64,000 nt of DNA from an uncultured Gammaproteobacteria bacterium (GCA_964472675.1 CAYYLO010000003.1:3768-67767), one strand, 5' to 3'; positions 27,787-37,028 are shown, numbered from the stretch's first letter. Notes: generated by a model from the letters alone, not told the origin. Numbers and translations are program-made.

Positions 27787-27803
27787 TATCCGTACTACGG
27801 ATA
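27787..27803. promoter_or_regulatory. candidate XRE operator
   Basis: palindrome TATCCGTA-C-TACGGATA downstream of a minus-strand TTGACA promoter; half-site repeated at the XRE gene start. Confidence 0.5.
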
Positions 27804-28131
27804 TATAATATCTCAAAAATGATTTGTCTGTCAAGGGGTAAAATGACTTAAAAACTGTGTAAACCTGCTTACACTAAAAAAAGGCAAATTGGAAGCTAAA
27901 TTACTGAAATTTTTGTCGCTCTTATACTTTATATATAATATAAAGAGAGAAGATAAAAAATATATGGCTTCTATATCATAAAAAACACCTGCAAACTAAA
28001 ACTTACTTAACCTAAAATATTTAAAAAACCAAAAAGAAAGCTAGATTAAATAACCCTAATCAAAACTATAATTATCACCAATTTAATTCTATAAAAACTC
28101 ACAATTTCCTGCACCCATGTAGATCCTAAAA

Positions 28132-28153
28132 TTACCACTACGCGTAGTGGTAA
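28132..28153. repeat. perfect 22-bp palindrome
   Basis: TTACCACTACGCGTAGTGGTAA inside a 0.7-kb AT-rich non-coding stretch. Confidence 0.85.
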
Positions 28154-28498
28154 AAAATTGATCTTTTTGAAGCTAAATACTTAAAAATCTTTCCTATTCA
28201 TTCCTTATATAGATATAAGAGGATGTAAATTCTGTATAAATAATCTCTAAACTATTAAAATAATCCTTACAAAAAATCTGCAAAATACCTAACTAAAAAC
28301 GTCACTAAAAAATAAAAATCGATCTATACTTACTACTCTTTCTTAACCCAAAACACATATCTTTCTTAATTACCAACAAACATTCCTAAACCTCTGAAAT
28401 GAAAGATGTAATTAAAATTAAAAAACAATTAAATAACAATTAAATAACAAGAGCTTATAATCTTTTACTAAAACAGCCACATCTGATATAATCTCGCA

Positions 28499-29308
28499 AT
28501 GATTGAAGCAGGAACGTCACAGGCACGTCAAGAATTTGTTGGTGGACTTGAAGCAGGAGTTACTCATCGAGTAGTAAATGCTCGCCCAATTACACTTTTA
28601 AGTGAATCTGATGGAAAAACAGTTGTAGTAGCAAGAGATTTTAACAAAACCTTGTTTGTGAGGAGAAATTACAAACAAGTTGCCTTAGATAGAATGAATC
28701 AATTAAATGGTGCATCTTTTGAAGATGCTTGGACAGCCTTCCACCAACTATATAGTAGTGTTGGAATAGAATTAGTCCCAAGCGTTGTGATTCGTCCTGA
28801 TCCGAAAGTTTCAATTGTCGAGGCTCCTGTGGTTGTAGCAAGTGAATATATTGATGGAACAGAATTGTCGTTAGCTCCTACAAAAGCAAAAGTTCAAGTT
28901 GCAGAAGCAATGGGAGCTATGCTTAAAACACCTGGAGAATACTATCCAAGTCTTGAATCAATAAGACGAGATATGTTTAGAGTAGGAAGAAATATAGATA
29001 GGACACCCCGTGTTGTTTTGGTTGATGTTGACCCTTTTTTGGTAGATAGAAAAGCAGTTGAATCAACGCCTGATGAAAGAGATAACTGGTTTTCAGAATA
29101 TATTGTACAAGTAAGGGATCTTCTTTGGGATAGATGGTGTAAAGAAGATGAGAGAGCTACGGTATTGACTGCTTTTGCTCGCCCTCTTGGCTTTGTCCTA
29201 AATACATTTGGTCAGAGGGATGGAGAAAGAACTCTAAGAGCTTTTATGAATGTGCAATCGATGGCTAAGGGAATAGATATGCGTAAATTTTCTTCCTTAC
29301 CTTTTTAA
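28499..29308 (+). CDS. hypothetical protein, possibly a degenerate kinase-like fold
   Basis: VVASEYIDG..L and VVLVD.D resemble kinase hinge and metal-binding strands. Confidence 0.65.
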   Translation: MIEAGTSQARQEFVGGLEAGVTHRVVNARPITLLSESDGKTVVVARDFNKTLFVRRNYKQVALDRMNQLNGASFEDAWTAFHQLYSSVGIELVPSVVIRPDPKVSIVEAPVVVASEYIDGTELSLAPTKAKVQVAEAMGAMLKTPGEYYPSLESIRRDMFRVGRNIDRTPRVVLVDVDPFLVDRKAVESTPDERDNWFSEYIVQVRDLLWDRWCKEDERATVLTAFARPLGFVLNTFGQRDGERTLRAFMNVQSMAKGIDMRKFSSLPF

Positions 29309-29444
29309 TCTTTTTTAATACCTCTATATAATTCTTTATTTTTTGCAGTTCATTGGTGCATAGTAATTTATTCCAGTTCCAGATATAATTGAGCTGTAAA
29401 AATAACAGGCGAAGTTTAGCCTGGGGTAGTCAAACTCTTCAAAT

Positions 29445-30146
29445 ATGGCATATAAAGTACGTGTTCAGTCGAATGATGAATCAGTTTTACAGGATGTGAA
29501 TGGAATTCCTGACGCTTGTCCTGCCTGTGGCAAAGGTATTTCTCCGCTATTCTGCTATCAACATGGTGTCGATACCTGGAGAGCTTATGATGGGTTTTTA
29601 CAAATTGTATTTAGATGCCCAAGAAAAGAATGCCAAAGGTTATTTATTGCTGTATATGGAACTGAAAAAGCATTTGCTGGGACAAATTTGATACTGAGAC
29701 GAACTTTATTAATGGATTTTATGGAGTTTGAAAAATTTCCTGAATCCGTAACAAGTATTTCCAGTCAATTTGAAGCAATTTATAATCAATCCAAAATTGC
29801 AGAAGATAACGGCTTGCATCTAATTGCTGGTCCTGGTTATCGCAAAGCATTGGAGTTTTTGGTTAAAGATTATTTAATTAGAACTGATCCGGAGCATGAA
29901 GACCAGATAAAAAAAGAGCAACTTGGCACAGCGATAAAAAGAATTACTGAAAAAAGGATTGAAGCTTGTGCATCCCGGGCGGCTTGGTTAGGAAATGATG
30001 AGACTCATTATGTTAGAAAATGGGAGGATAAAGATTTACAAGATCTTAAAAATCTTATTAAAATGGTTGTTGATTGGATCGATCACATAGAAAGATCAGA
30101 TGGGTATGAACAAGCGATGCCTTCTCCTGAAATTCCCGCCGATTAA
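29445..30146 (+). CDS. DUF4145-domain protein with zinc ribbon
   Basis: CPAC...CP..EC, Y..S..AE, GYRKALEFLVKDY, WLGNDETHY. Confidence 0.82.
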   Translation: MAYKVRVQSNDESVLQDVNGIPDACPACGKGISPLFCYQHGVDTWRAYDGFLQIVFRCPRKECQRLFIAVYGTEKAFAGTNLILRRTLLMDFMEFEKFPESVTSISSQFEAIYNQSKIAEDNGLHLIAGPGYRKALEFLVKDYLIRTDPEHEDQIKKEQLGTAIKRITEKRIEACASRAAWLGNDETHYVRKWEDKDLQDLKNLIKMVVDWIDHIERSDGYEQAMPSPEIPAD

Positions 30147-30164
30147 AAATGATATACTATCCGT

Positions 30165-30365
30165 ATGGGTGATAAACAACTTGGTAAAAAATTAAAAGAA
30201 GCAAGGGAAAAACTGAAGTTAACTCAAAAGCAAGTTGCAGAAAAATCTGGGGTAACTACAAATTGGTATGCTAGGTTTGAAAGAGGAGAGAAATCAGCTT
30301 CTCTTAAAACAATTAAGGATATTTTTAAGGTCTTGAAGTTAAAAGTACCTTCTCCCTTTAATTAA
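30165..30365 (+). CDS. XRE-family HTH regulator
   Basis: LKEAREK.KLTQKQVAEK.GV...Y...ERG. Confidence 0.92.
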   Translation: MGDKQLGKKLKEAREKLKLTQKQVAEKSGVTTNWYARFERGEKSASLKTIKDIFKVLKLKVPSPFN

Positions 30366-30550
30366 TTCTTAGGTTGTAATTTTCCTGATTTTTTGTCTTT
30401 TTCAATTTTCTCCACAACAATTTTTGGTAATCCTTTTAAAGTATCCAATAAGCTAATTGCCTGTTCTCGTGTAGCTCTTTCAGGATGCTTCTTTTTAAGC
30501 TCATTTATTGCCCATTCAATCTCTTTTTCTGTATATTTTGTATTAGTCAT
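30362..30550 (-). CDS. small hypothetical protein
   Basis: MTNTKYTEKEI...HPERATREQAI; TGCTAAAAT 5 nt upstream. Confidence 0.65.
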   Translation of the reverse strand: MTNTKYTEKEIEWAINELKKKHPERATREQAISLLDTLKGLPKIVVEKIEKDKKSGKLQPKN

Positions 30551-30582
30551 GATGCATTTTAGCAATAAATATATTTGTTCAT

Positions 30583-31176
30583 CTAGTGAAAAGTATCTGC
30601 TTGACTCAATTCGGTTGGTGTCGGCTCAAAATTGAACGTATTCATAATTTCTTGAATCATTTCTTCAAAAGGGCTCTCAATAGGATATTCTGCAGTAAAG
30701 GATACCTGACTTTGTTTTCTATTTAGGATTAATCTATTACTTTTTTTAATATCGCCTTCTGTTGACCACACTAACTTATTATCTAATGTGGGTTTTTCTG
30801 TAACAACAGCTATTCTCAATGTTAAATCACCAATTCTGTTTGGTTCGTGAGCTTGTTCCCATGTAACGTGTGTGGAATAGATTCTAATTTCTGAAGAAGA
30901 ATGAGCATCTATACTGACAACACTCCACTCGGAAGGGAGTTTAAAAGTGAATGCATTCGCTTCAGGTTTCCAAACTTTCCAGGCTTTTGGTTCGTCTATA
31001 GCATTTGGTTGAGCAGAAATGGTAGGAATGTTTGATTGAACAAAGGAATCCTTAATCGAGGCAGAATCTTTTTTCATCCTTAAAGAATACAATCCAAAAC
31101 CTATTAAAAGAACCATGCCAATTAAGCAAATGAGTGGTACAAGGTTACCTTTTTTATATGATTTAGATCTTTTCAT
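30583..31176 (-). CDS. membrane-anchored hypothetical protein
   Basis: N-terminal TM, W.......FTFKLPSEW, I..TF.F. Confidence 0.7.
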   Translation of the reverse strand: MKRSKSYKKGNLVPLICLIGMVLLIGFGLYSLRMKKDSASIKDSFVQSNIPTISAQPNAIDEPKAWKVWKPEANAFTFKLPSEWSVVSIDAHSSSEIRIYSTHVTWEQAHEPNRIGDLTLRIAVVTEKPTLDNKLVWSTEGDIKKSNRLILNRKQSQVSFTAEYPIESPFEEMIQEIMNTFNFEPTPTELSQADTFH

Positions 31177-31196
31177 CTATTGCATTTTAGCAAAAA

Positions 31197-31643
31197 TCAT
31201 AAAACTTTGTTCAGTTTTAAGAAATTAAACATTTCTAGGGTTAAATCTGTATTATTAATTCTTCTCATAATCTCGCGACTATGCGTTTGAGAAAGTATGT
31301 TTAATGACCCTTCCCAAAGTACTTTTCGATCCAAAATAGCTAATTTGCGGTGATGGTTGCCAACGCATAGTAAAACTTGTACTCCGAGAGTCTCAAAGTA
31401 CTGAATTTCCTCCTCAGATTGGACTTCATGTTCTCTAGGATCGCGGGTAATTACAAAGACCTTAACGCCTATATTAATTAATCTTTCGAAAATGGGTTTT
31501 AGGGTTTTCATCCGGGCAGAGCTGACATATGGAGATTCGATGATAACTTCCTTTCTACAGTCCTCTAAATCCTTTAAAAAAGCTCTATAAAAGGTTTTTT
31601 CGTCATGAAGCTCTGAGTTAAACACCGGAGTCTTCCTCCTCAA
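31197..31643 (-). CDS. phospholipase D-like (single HKD) nuclease-domain protein
   Basis: IESPY, HRKLAILD, GSLN. Confidence 0.85.
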   Translation of the reverse strand: MRRKTPVFNSELHDEKTFYRAFLKDLEDCRKEVIIESPYVSSARMKTLKPIFERLINIGVKVFVITRDPREHEVQSEEEIQYFETLGVQVLLCVGNHHRKLAILDRKVLWEGSLNILSQTHSREIMRRINNTDLTLEMFNFLKLNKVL

Positions 31644-31761
31644 TATCTATGATAGAAACCTGGCCTTCGAAGTAGGTAAACCCAAGATCCTTTAATTTTT
31701 GATATAATCGGGTGAGACTTTGGAATATGGTGTTCCAACCATCATCCAAATTGTCCACCAT

Positions 31762-31977
31762 ATGGCAGCTAAAAAATTGAGAAGATCATCGACTAATAAA
31801 GTTGTTAGTGGTATATTAGGTGGAATCGGAGAATACTTAAATATTGATCCGGTTGTGGCAAGAATTGTGTTTCTTGCGATCGCAATTTTTACAGGCTTTA
31901 TTCCCGGGCTACTATTCTATTTATTAGCACATTTAGTAGTCCCGGAAGCATCAAACGAAAAATTTAAGCCGAGCTAG
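31762..31977 (+). CDS. pspC: PspC-domain protein
   Basis: KKLRRS..NKVVSG.LGG.GEYLNIDP...R, YL....VP. Confidence 0.88.
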   Translation: MAAKKLRRSSTNKVVSGILGGIGEYLNIDPVVARIVFLAIAIFTGFIPGLLFYLLAHLVVPEASNEKFKPS

Positions 31978-32040
31978 CCAAGTTGGTCACGGCGGGCCCC
32001 TGAAGAGGGTCAGATTTCGGTTCGATTCCGGAGCTCGGCA
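31968..32040 (+). tRNA. tRNA-Phe(GAA)
   Basis: GCCGAGC/GCTCGGC stem, loop CTGAAGA. Confidence 0.93.
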
Positions 32041-32114
32041 CAAACAAATCACATTCGTCCGCGGGTATAACAACCTTGCTTCGCAAGAACGTTGTACGCC
32101 GCTCAAGTATTTTC

Positions 32115-32188
32115 GCGGGTATAGTACAATGGTAGTACACCTGGTTGCCAATCAGGGTACAGGGGTTCGATTCCCCTTACCCGCTCCA
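32115..32188 (+). tRNA. tRNA-Gly(GCC)
   Basis: GCGGGTA/TACCCGC stem, loop TTGCCAA, encoded CCA. Confidence 0.95.
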
Positions 32189-32236
32189 GACGGGATACCC
32201 TGGTCAGAAAAGGCCTGAATAGCTTGATATAACGGG

Positions 32237-32896
32237 CTAATCTTGTGGATTCTCACAAAGAATAAACCTTTCCTGGGGTCCAGTGTGATAAAAATAAGTT
32301 TTATCTTCTAGAGATAGACTTATCTTATAACCACCAACAACCGCCAACGTGTATGCCTTGCCAGGTTCTGGACAACCTAAGCTTCCATCTCTCCAGATCG
32401 CTTCTGTCACACTATTAACAATGACCGTATCTCTGCCCACACTTAATCTTTTTGACAAATTGTCGACCACAGCCATAATTAAACTGTGGTTTTTTCCACT
32501 ACAAACACGTATGGGGTTACAAGGAGCTTTCACGCAGATAATTCTTGAGTAATAACAATTTGCTGACTTATCCATTTTCAACTTACATATATTATTTATA
32601 CATTCAGCTGTTCCCTCACATACTCTTTGACAAAGTTTATCCTCTTCACTAATGTGTTTTTTATTCATAGCTGTACATTTACAGATGTTTTTTCCACAAT
32701 CCTCATCCGAGTTACAGGAAAAACTCTCAGGATTGTATGGCTCTCCTGGGATTATTTTTGGCGGAAAACCGTGTTTATTAATTAAAAGAGTCTGAAGAAT
32801 TGTTGACGAATTTACCAAATAGAAACCTGCTGCTAATAATATTAAAACTAGTCCTATTAGAACAAGTGAATTCATTTTTAATTGTTTTAACCCCAT
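32237..32896 (-). CDS. Cys-rich exported protein
   Basis: N-terminal TM, many Cys, CVKAPC, WRDGSLGCPEPG.AY. Confidence 0.8.
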   Translation of the reverse strand: MGLKQLKMNSLVLIGLVLILLAAGFYLVNSSTILQTLLINKHGFPPKIIPGEPYNPESFSCNSDEDCGKNICKCTAMNKKHISEEDKLCQRVCEGTAECINNICKLKMDKSANCYYSRIICVKAPCNPIRVCSGKNHSLIMAVVDNLSKRLSVGRDTVIVNSVTEAIWRDGSLGCPEPGKAYTLAVVGGYKISLSLEDKTYFYHTGPQERFILCENPQD

Positions 32897-33001
32897 AAGC
32901 TTAATTTATCAGTTTTACTGATATATTTCCATCAATTTGCTAAAAAGAGATAGAGTTCATAAACTATTGACAAAAATTAAGAAATATTGTTAAATATTCT
33001 T

Positions 33002-33268
33002 ATGTCTACAGTAACAATATCACTCCCAAGTCAGATTGCCAAGCAGGTAGACTCTGAAGCCAAAAGACAGGGATTTGCTACCCGTTCTGAGTTTATTAGA
33101 AGCCTAATACGCAAACACTTTACAAAAAGTCAGTTTGAATTGGAGGAATTTGAACCAGTACCTCTAAATCAACTTAAAATGGAACTTGCCCAGACTGGGA
33201 AGCACAGCGAGGAATTTATAAATAGTGTTATTGAGGGCTTTGGAAAATCCTCTTTATATGAGAACTAA
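33002..33268 (+). CDS. CopG/RHH antitoxin-like regulator
   Basis: MSTVTISLP.....VD..AK..G...RSEFIR. Confidence 0.85.
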   Translation: MSTVTISLPSQIAKQVDSEAKRQGFATRSEFIRSLIRKHFTKSQFELEEFEPVPLNQLKMELAQTGKHSEEFINSVIEGFGKSSLYEN

Positions 33269-33503
33269 AGATCTAAGACTAGATCTTGTTAAATATCTTA
33301 AAAAGCGCAGGCTCGAAAATAAGTTCCAAAAACAGTTCGATCTCTTACTCCAGGACTTCCGACACCCATCACTTCATACAGAAATCCTAGAACCTAAATA
33401 TCGTAAAATTTATTCATTTCGCATTGATCAAAAATATAGAGCAATATTTATAGTAAAAGAAGGAAAGATTCTAATTATTGATATTAATGATCATTATCAG
33501 TAG
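33258..33503 (+). CDS. RelE/ParE-superfamily toxin
   Basis: HPSLHTE.L, IYSFRID.KYRAIF, NDHY; overlaps the antitoxin stop. Confidence 0.85.
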   Translation: MRTKDLRLDLVKYLKKRRLENKFQKQFDLLLQDFRHPSLHTEILEPKYRKIYSFRIDQKYRAIFIVKEGKILIIDINDHYQ

Positions 33504-33585
33504 CATAGGTCCGCATTAACTTGGTAAAATGTGTGAAGACGTTATCTAGCAGGGGTTCAAAATAATTTGCGTCTCTCGCTCCAGA

Positions 33586-34932
33586 TTATTTTCTAGTTAT
33601 GGTATAAGTCACCGGATAAAAGAGAGGAATAACCGGTAAATCTTCTAACAAAAAGCGTTGAAAATCATAATAAATAGACTTTCTTGCTTCCGGGTCAAGC
33701 GTTCTTCTCCCGTCTTCTAAAAGTTTGTCAATTCTTGGGCTCTCTTTTGCCGGCGCCCCATATTTTGTCATGTTCGTTCCTGTTTGTGTTGAGTGCCAAA
33801 AGCTGTACTGGTCGGGATCTGAAGGAATACTTTGTATCCAAAGTAATGCTTGAAATTCTTCCGGTGGCGCGTTAACAACTTGAATATTGGTGTGTAAGCC
33901 AATGTCTTCCCAACTTTTTTTAATTTTATCAGCAACGGGAAGAAGACTCGGAAGCGTGACTAAATTAATGTTAATACCTTTTTTAATCTCAACGGGGACG
34001 TTTTTTAAAAGCTCTTTTGCCCGATCAGGGTTGTATTTATAATCTTTAACTTGAGGATTGAAAACCCATGACTTTGGAGAAATTACGCTAAGCGCCCGTT
34101 TTTCAGGGAATTCATCCTTATTGATAGCATAAGCAAGCGCCTGGCGGATATTTTTGTCAGAGGTGACCTTGTCCTGCATATTTAAAAAAATTCCTACATA
34201 TCTATCTTCATTTGTTTTTATATCTATTTTTGCATTATTCCAGGTAATTAAATCTTTAGGGTCAATTATTCCAACAAGCGACCTTACCTGCCCAAGTTTA
34301 TAAGCTGTTAAAGCAATTTCCTCCGTATCGTAAAATCTATAAGTTTTTTTCTCATCCCTTTTTTTATTTACTAATGTTAACGAACGGCTAAATTGTCCAG
34401 TAAATGTAGTTAAATTTGTCACTTTCCAATCCCCCGCTCCTACCAGACCCTTTTTAAATATAGGCTTAGTTACTGCTGTCGGGAAAGGGATATAAGGGTC
34501 TTTATTGAGTGTAAATTTGATTGTTTTTGAATCTATTAGTTCTTTTTTTGCATCTTTGAACTGGTAATTGATATCTCTGGCCTGGATTTCAGTCCCGTCC
34601 TGCCATTTGTAGTTTCCCAGGTGAAAAATCCAAACTCGACCACTTTCCTGGTTTTCCCAGCTTGTGGCAATACCCGGGATTGGCTGGTTGTTTGCATCCA
34701 GCCTGGTTAAGCCAACACTAATCTCCTGTTGGATAACAAGTGGAAGATTGTCAAGGTTAAATTTATCAACAATGCCAACAGTATTACCCGTTTGAAAAAA
34801 TGAGGTAAACCGGGTAAATTTGGAGGAAAACAGAAATATAAAAGCTCCCAATATAACACTTCCCAAAAGGACAAATTTAAACCGCGACAGAAATGCAGCT
34901 GTGAAAATTAGCCAATATCGCAATATTTTCAT
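33586..34932 (-). CDS. ABC transporter substrate-binding protein (family 5)
   Basis: GL.......PG.A.SW, KWQDG, IRQALAYAINK, PDQY.FWHS, D.P.IPL. Confidence 0.88.
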   Translation of the reverse strand: MKILRYWLIFTAAFLSRFKFVLLGSVILGAFIFLFSSKFTRFTSFFQTGNTVGIVDKFNLDNLPLVIQQEISVGLTRLDANNQPIPGIATSWENQESGRVWIFHLGNYKWQDGTEIQARDINYQFKDAKKELIDSKTIKFTLNKDPYIPFPTAVTKPIFKKGLVGAGDWKVTNLTTFTGQFSRSLTLVNKKRDEKKTYRFYDTEEIALTAYKLGQVRSLVGIIDPKDLITWNNAKIDIKTNEDRYVGIFLNMQDKVTSDKNIRQALAYAINKDEFPEKRALSVISPKSWVFNPQVKDYKYNPDRAKELLKNVPVEIKKGININLVTLPSLLPVADKIKKSWEDIGLHTNIQVVNAPPEEFQALLWIQSIPSDPDQYSFWHSTQTGTNMTKYGAPAKESPRIDKLLEDGRRTLDPEARKSIYYDFQRFLLEDLPVIPLFYPVTYTITRK

Positions 34933-34941
34933 GTCTTGGGG

Positions 34942-35154
34942 TCAGGAGATTAGGCTTAAAAAGGAAAATGTGACAAAAAGAATTGCAGTTATAATCGTTG
35001 CTCTAAAAAGGAGTTTCTCAAAACCCCTGCGGGTAGCATAAAATTCCCCTGACCCACCCCAGGAAGAACCCATGCCTGCTCCCCGATTTTGAATTAAAAT
35101 AAATACAATGAGTAATATTCCCAGAACCACTTGTGCGACTGATAACGGAGACAT
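34942..35154 (-). CDS. secG: preprotein translocase subunit SecG
   Basis: ILIQ.RGAG....GG.G....RRG.EKLL...T. Confidence 0.92.
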   Translation of the reverse strand: MSPLSVAQVVLGILLIVFILIQNRGAGMGSSWGGSGEFYATRRGFEKLLFRATIITAILFVTFSFLSLIS

Positions 35155-35192
35155 ATGGACATTATACCTGATGAAAGGTTAATACGTACAAC

Positions 35193-35594
35193 CTACTTAC
35201 TGACCCAAAAGAGGAAGGAAGAAATAACCGATATGACAAACGAAACGACAATGAAAGCGGCAAAAGCTGAAAATGTCATGGCAGGGATAATAAACATATT
35301 AGATTGGAAGCCGGGATATGTAAATGCAACTATAGAAAAACCCCTGACTAAAGTTGTGGCAACATACAAGGTAATAACTCCTGAAACCCATCTGAAAAGG
35401 CCTAAAGTTACTAAGTTGAAAGGTAAAAGTAACAAATTAATTAAAGGCTTAAGTAACGAGTCAGCAAGTGTTAAAGCAAGGGCGCCAAGGGCTAAATATT
35501 GAATATTGTTTTGGTAACTTATACCCCCAAAATTATTAGCAACAAACCAAACGACAAGAATATGTATAAAAAACGATCTTAAAAATCTTTTCAT
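35193..35594 (-). CDS. phage holin family 4-like (DUF360) membrane protein
   Basis: LKPLI.LL.LPFN.VTLGLF. Confidence 0.85.
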   Translation of the reverse strand: MKRFLRSFFIHILVVWFVANNFGGISYQNNIQYLALGALALTLADSLLKPLINLLLLPFNLVTLGLFRWVSGVITLYVATTLVRGFSIVAFTYPGFQSNMFIIPAMTFSAFAAFIVVSFVISVISSFLFWVSK

Positions 35595-35633
35595 TTGCAA
35601 AAAGCTACTAATTACATAGTGGGCAGTGTAAAC

Positions 35634-37028
35634 TCACTTGTCAAGAGATTGTGGTAAAAGCTCCTTGAGGCGAAGCTTGAAGTGATAGGCGCGGGCAAAA
35701 CGGTGGGCTTCGTCGCGCATGCGCTGGAGAAGTTTTGTCGCTGGATTGTCCTGACCCAATCGCACTACATTGAATCCACCATCAAACAGTGGAATTACAA
35801 TTTCCTCCTCTCTTTTGGCTAGACCTATTGTGGGGATTACGCTTCCACCTCGGGGGTGTAAAGCTAAAACTTCAAGTGCGGCCGATACTTGTCCTTTGCC
35901 GCCGTCAACAACAATTAGGTCTGGTTTGCCCCAGTCTGCTAAGTGCGAGAACCGACGTGTGAGTGCCTCACTTAGTGAAGCAAAGTCATCAACCCCCTTT
36001 ACCTTCTTTATTCTAAACCTGCGATAGAGCTTCTTTTCCGGTTCTCCGTCGATAAAAGTAACCATTGAGCAGGTTGTCTCTTTACCGCCGGTGTGGGCAA
36101 CGTCGTAACACTCAATTCGGTGGATGGCGCCGAGTGATGGGTGATAAGCGCTTAAAATGTCTTGGAGTGCGCGCAGTTCTTCTTCACGGATGTCGGAAAC
36201 CAAATTTGGGTTCTCCAAATAGGCTTTTGGCTTTTCGTACGGCTTGGTAATGTAAGAAATCTGACGCAACTGGTCGCGAATTCGCGCAGCAGCTTCAAAA
36301 TCTTCCCGCAAGGAGGCAGCTTTCATTTCTCCCAGCAGTTGCTTTTCCAGACGTTTAGTTTTACCTGAGAGCAACGTGGTTATTTTGCGAATGTTGGACT
36401 TATATAGCGCAGTCAGTCTAAGGCGAGAGTCCCGCCCCTGGCGAGGCTCGCCTCCGGCGGCTAAGTCTAAGTCGTGTACGATATTGTTAGGACAAGGATT
36501 ACAAAGTCCGATGTGGGAGTAAAAACAGCCGCGTTTGCCAAGTTTTTTTTGTGAACAATATGGAAAAACCTTTCTGATCTGCCGCAAAACACTTTTTATA
36601 TTGGCTGATGAAGGAAAAGGTCCGAAGTAGCGGTCTCTTTTTGCACTTTTTCCGTTTGTGAAATCTTCACGCCTTGCCATACCCACTTTGGGGAACTCCT
36701 CACTTGTGGAAATTTTGATATAAAGAGGATGTTTGTCGTCTTTGGCGGCTGAGTTGTATTTAGGCAGATGCTTTTTGATTAGTTCTGCTTCCAGAAGAAG
36801 TGCTTCTAACTCTGAAAACACTGGTATTGTGGCAACCTCTATTGCCTCGCGTGCAATATCCTGACTTTTTGTTCCTCGCGCCTGAAGGTGTGAAGAAACT
36901 CTCTCATACACATTTATGCTTTTCCCGACATAAATTGCATTGCCTTGCGCATTTTTAAAAATATAAACCCCAGGCCCTTTAACAAGACTTTTTGCCTGTT
37001 TTCCTAGATCTGATATAAATGAAGGCAT
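35634..37028 (-). CDS. uvrC: UvrC-like excinuclease (GIY-YIG, UVR and RNase H domains; no C-terminal HhH)
   Basis: PGVY, IYVGKS, EALLLE, FGPF, FE.AA..RD, RIECYD, DDFAS, PDLIVVDGGKGQ, RDEAHRFA. Confidence 0.9.
   Translation of the reverse strand: MPSFISDLGKQAKSLVKGPGVYIFKNAQGNAIYVGKSINVYERVSSHLQARGTKSQDIAREAIEVATIPVFSELEALLLEAELIKKHLPKYNSAAKDDKHPLYIKISTSEEFPKVGMARREDFTNGKSAKRDRYFGPFPSSANIKSVLRQIRKVFPYCSQKKLGKRGCFYSHIGLCNPCPNNIVHDLDLAAGGEPRQGRDSRLRLTALYKSNIRKITTLLSGKTKRLEKQLLGEMKAASLREDFEAAARIRDQLRQISYITKPYEKPKAYLENPNLVSDIREEELRALQDILSAYHPSLGAIHRIECYDVAHTGGKETTCSMVTFIDGEPEKKLYRRFRIKKVKGVDDFASLSEALTRRFSHLADWGKPDLIVVDGGKGQVSAALEVLALHPRGGSVIPTIGLAKREEEIVIPLFDGGFNVVRLGQDNPATKLLQRMRDEAHRFARAYHFKLRLKELLPQSLDK
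35841..35868 (-). repeat. RAYT-family REP in-frame in uvrC
   Basis: TTTAGCTTTACACCCCCGAGGTGGAAGC encoding LALHPRGGS. Confidence 0.88.

Larger units (their letters stand above)
27082..31758. mobile_element. decayed integrative island at tRNA-Val
   Basis: TTGTCCAC direct repeat at 27082-27089 and 31751-31758, truncated serine recombinase, AT-rich cargo. Confidence 0.65.
32182..33585. mobile_element. tRNA-Gly islet B (no integrase)
   Basis: direct repeat CGCTCCAGA at 32182-32190 and 33577-33585; arms 32190-32244 and 33560-33583 shared with islet A. Confidence 0.75.

Noticed and set aside
35193-35594. Prophage inferred from the holin-like gene or the Bro-N gene
   Set aside because: No structural, terminase or lysin genes; this membrane family is commonly chromosomal.
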